From: Verrucomicrobia bacterium ADurb.Bin070
GTDB lineage: Bacteria; Verrucomicrobiota; Kiritimatiellia; RFP12; UBA1067
Assembly (NCBI GenBank): GCA_002071025.1
Contig: MWEJ01000002.1
Location: 1-54,477 of the forward strand
DNA length: 54,477 bases
Direction: 5' to 3'
Below the pieces are notes generated by a model, which was given only the letters and a program-made list of their open reading frames with translations, was not told the origin of the DNA and did not search any database. Every line of letters starts with the position of its first letter. The first letter of the stretch is position 1. Below, one piece after another: positions 52,861 to 54,477 of this stretch. The position numbers and the translations under genes were made by a program.

Positions 52861-53844
52861 GTGTGTGATAAACTGGTAAGTACTTTATTGGGGGATCTCG
52901 TGGATACCGTTCAGGCTTACTCTTTGATGTGCCTGATCCGCTTGTTCGAAGAGGCGATCGAGCGTCTTTTTCTTGAGGGGCGGATCATGGGTACCGCACA
53001 CACCTGCATCGGGCAGGAAGCCGTGGCTGTAGGCACGGCCGCGGCGCTTGAGGCGTGCGACGCCATGACCACTACACACCGCGGACACGGCCATTTTTTG
53101 GCACGCGGCGCCGACCCCGCGCGTGCTATGGCGGAGCTGTTCGGACGCGAGACAGGGTATTCGCGCGGCCGCGGCGGCAGCCAGATGATGATGGACCCTG
53201 ACATTGGCTTTTACGGCGCAAACGGCATCACCGGTGGCAGCATCCCCTTTGCCACGGGCGTCGCGCTCGACGCGAAACTGCGCGGCACCGGCCGTGTCAC
53301 CGTCTGCTTCTTCGGTGACGGCGCCTCCAACCAAGGTGTCTTCCACGAGTCGCTCAACCTCGCCGCGCTCTGGAAGCTGCCCGTCCTTTTCGTGGTCGAA
53401 AACAATGGCTATGCCATGTCCACATCCACCGTGCGCGGCCTGTCGAACACGCACATTGCCGAGCGCGCCGGCGCATACGGCATCCCCGGTGCCAGCGTGG
53501 ACGGCAACGACTTTTTCGCTGTGCGCGATTGCGTGGCGCAACATGCGTCCGCCGCTCGCGCCGGACAAGGCCCGGCCCTGCTGGAGTGTGTCACCTACCG
53601 GTTGTCGGGCCATTCGCGCGGCGATGCGCGTGTCTACCGCTCACGCGAAGAGGAGGCCGCCGCGTGGCGGAACGATCCGATCCTGCATCTGGTGGCGCGT
53701 CTCAAGGCCGACGGAATGCTCACCGAAGATAGCGCCAAAACCCTACGCGACGCGGCCCAAGCGCGCATCGATGAGGCGATCCGCTTCGCCGAATCTTCTC
53801 CGCTGCCGGACCCGGCCTCATTGCGGGAGGATCTGTTCGCCTAA
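52861..53844 (+). CDS. thiamine-diphosphate-dependent 2-oxoacid (pyruvate/acetoin) dehydrogenase E1 alpha subunit
   Basis: 327 aa. Motifs are IRLFEEAIERLFLEGRIMGTAHTCIGQEAVAVG, GGSQMM and the TPP motif FFGDGASNQGVFHESLNLAALWKLPVLFVVENNGYAMS. The start is uncertain: GTG 52861 in the track, with other in-frame GTG/ATG codons within about 60 nt. Confidence 0.85.
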   Translation: MCDKLVSTLLGDLVDTVQAYSLMCLIRLFEEAIERLFLEGRIMGTAHTCIGQEAVAVGTAAALEACDAMTTTHRGHGHFLARGADPARAMAELFGRETGYSRGRGGSQMMMDPDIGFYGANGITGGSIPFATGVALDAKLRGTGRVTVCFFGDGASNQGVFHESLNLAALWKLPVLFVVENNGYAMSTSTVRGLSNTHIAERAGAYGIPGASVDGNDFFAVRDCVAQHASAARAGQGPALLECVTYRLSGHSRGDARVYRSREEEAAAWRNDPILHLVARLKADGMLTEDSAKTLRDAAQARIDEAIRFAESSPLPDPASLREDLFA

Positions 53845-53884
53845 CCCTTCGTCTTTCCCCCTTACCACTCAACTTACGACCGTC

Positions 53885-54477
53885 ATGCGCTCTGTCACCT
53901 TCACACAACTTCTTCGCGAAACCCTGGCCGCCGAACTGAGGCGCGATCCCTCGGTCTTTCTGATGGGCGAGGATATCGGCGTCTACGGCGGCTCGTTCGG
54001 TGTCACGCGCGGGCTGATCGATGAATTCGGCAGCGAGCGCGTGCGTGACACCCCGATCTCCGAACAGGCGTTGACCGGTGTCGCGATCGGCGCGGCGGTC
54101 GCGGGGCAGCGTCCCGTGATCGAAATCATGTTCATGGATTTCATCACGCTGGCCGTCGACCAGCTCGTCAATATGGCCGCCAAGCTCCACCCGATCTACG
54201 GACGCTCCTGCCCGCTCGTCATCCGCACCCCGCCCGGCGGCGGCCGCGGCTACGGCGCCACCCACTCGCAGTCGCTCGAACGCCTCTTCGCCGGCGTCCC
54301 GGGCCTCAAGATCGCGGCACCCTCCAATGCCTCCGACGCCTCCGCGCTGCTGCAGACCGCCATCCGCGACAACAATCCCGTGCTGTTCCTTGAGCACAAG
54401 CTGCTCTACCCGCAGCGGTTTGACGTGGGCGACGAGCTGCCGGCACCGCTGCCGTTCGGCTTCGCGCGCGTCGCCCG
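53885..54477 (+). CDS. 2-oxoacid dehydrogenase E1 beta subunit (partial, runs off window)
   Basis: Absent from the ORF track because it has no stop in the window. Hand translation from ATG 53885 gives MRSVTFTQLLRETLAAELRRDPSVFLMGEDIGVYGGSFGVTRGLIDEFGSERVRDTPISEQALTGVAIGAA...IRTPPGGGRGYGATHSQSLE, which is typical of E1 beta. Confidence 0.85.
   Translation, partial: MRSVTFTQLLRETLAAELRRDPSVFLMGEDIGVYGGSFGVTRGLIDEFGSERVRDTPISEQALTGVAIGAAVAGQRPVIEIMFMDFITLAVDQLVNMAAKLHPIYGRSCPLVIRTPPGGGRGYGATHSQSLERLFAGVPGLKIAAPSNASDASALLQTAIRDNNPVLFLEHKLLYPQRFDVGDELPAPLPFGFARVA

Noticed and set aside
1-54477. A scan for CRISPR arrays, IS or transposase genes, integrases, phage genes, rRNA and additional tRNAs.
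   Set aside because: I saw no regularly spaced direct repeats, no DDE or tyrosine-recombinase-like translations in the ORF track, and no rRNA-like sequence. Only the single tRNA-Tyr was found. A visual scan cannot exclude short or degenerate elements.

Overview
High-GC, densely coding chromosomal segment. My hand counts on single 60-nt lines are mostly 37-44 G+C out of 60. I saw no transposase, integrase, CRISPR array or rRNA. I call 39 protein-coding genes (two cut by the window edges, one a speculative 54-codon ORF), one tRNA-Tyr, one good intrinsic terminator and a few short DNA/RNA structure elements. All product calls come from motifs read by eye in the supplied translations; no homology search was run. 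Several starts were moved from the ORF-track start to an internal ATG/GTG with a Shine-Dalgarno (SD) site, checked on the nucleotide sequence.

The gene content suggests a PVC-superphylum bacterium (Verrucomicrobiota, Kiritimatiellota or Lentisphaerota-like). It includes a DUF1559-type prepilin-like protein, a Tat-signal Gfo/Idh/MocA oxidoreductase, paired GH97 glycosidases and a giant secreted multidomain protein. This taxonomic placement is inference only.

Layout, left to right:
- Partial UDP-sugar pyrophosphorylase, prfB and a tRNA-dihydrouridine synthase.
- A set of exported enzymes (3.4-9.4 kb).
- A lactate racemase, bifurcating-type EtfBA and FAD lactate dehydrogenase module, followed by a polyprenyl synthase and an RmlD-like reductase (9.4-15.9 kb).
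- An alternative-oxidase-like di-iron protein, tRNA-Tyr, rpsU and tsaC.
- An epimerase plus two convergent GH97 genes.
- A 1121-aa hybrid sensor kinase, divergent from a roughly 11-kb same-strand gene run (26.8-37.8 kb). This run encodes a 1191-aa membrane/coiled-coil/acidic protein, a PA14+TPR-like secreted protein, a secreted protein of unknown function, an FHA-fused MoxR AAA+ ATPase, a zinc-ribbon protein, a GT4 glycosyltransferase and a membrane-anchored non-specific nuclease.
- A prepilin-like gene followed by a 2061-aa secreted protein (37.8-45.0 kb, minus strand).
- proS, an HU/IHF-like gene and hisS.
- rpiB, the AmmeMemoRadiSam radical SAM enzyme, a fused Memo+AMMECR1 protein and tatD.
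- Start of a 2-oxoacid dehydrogenase E1 alpha/beta pair.

The best candidates for undescribed biology are:
1. The FHA-MoxR envelope operon, which has no vWA or DUF58 partner.
2. The prepilin-like plus giant-protein pair, whose first ~1.2 kb has sharply different base composition and codon usage.
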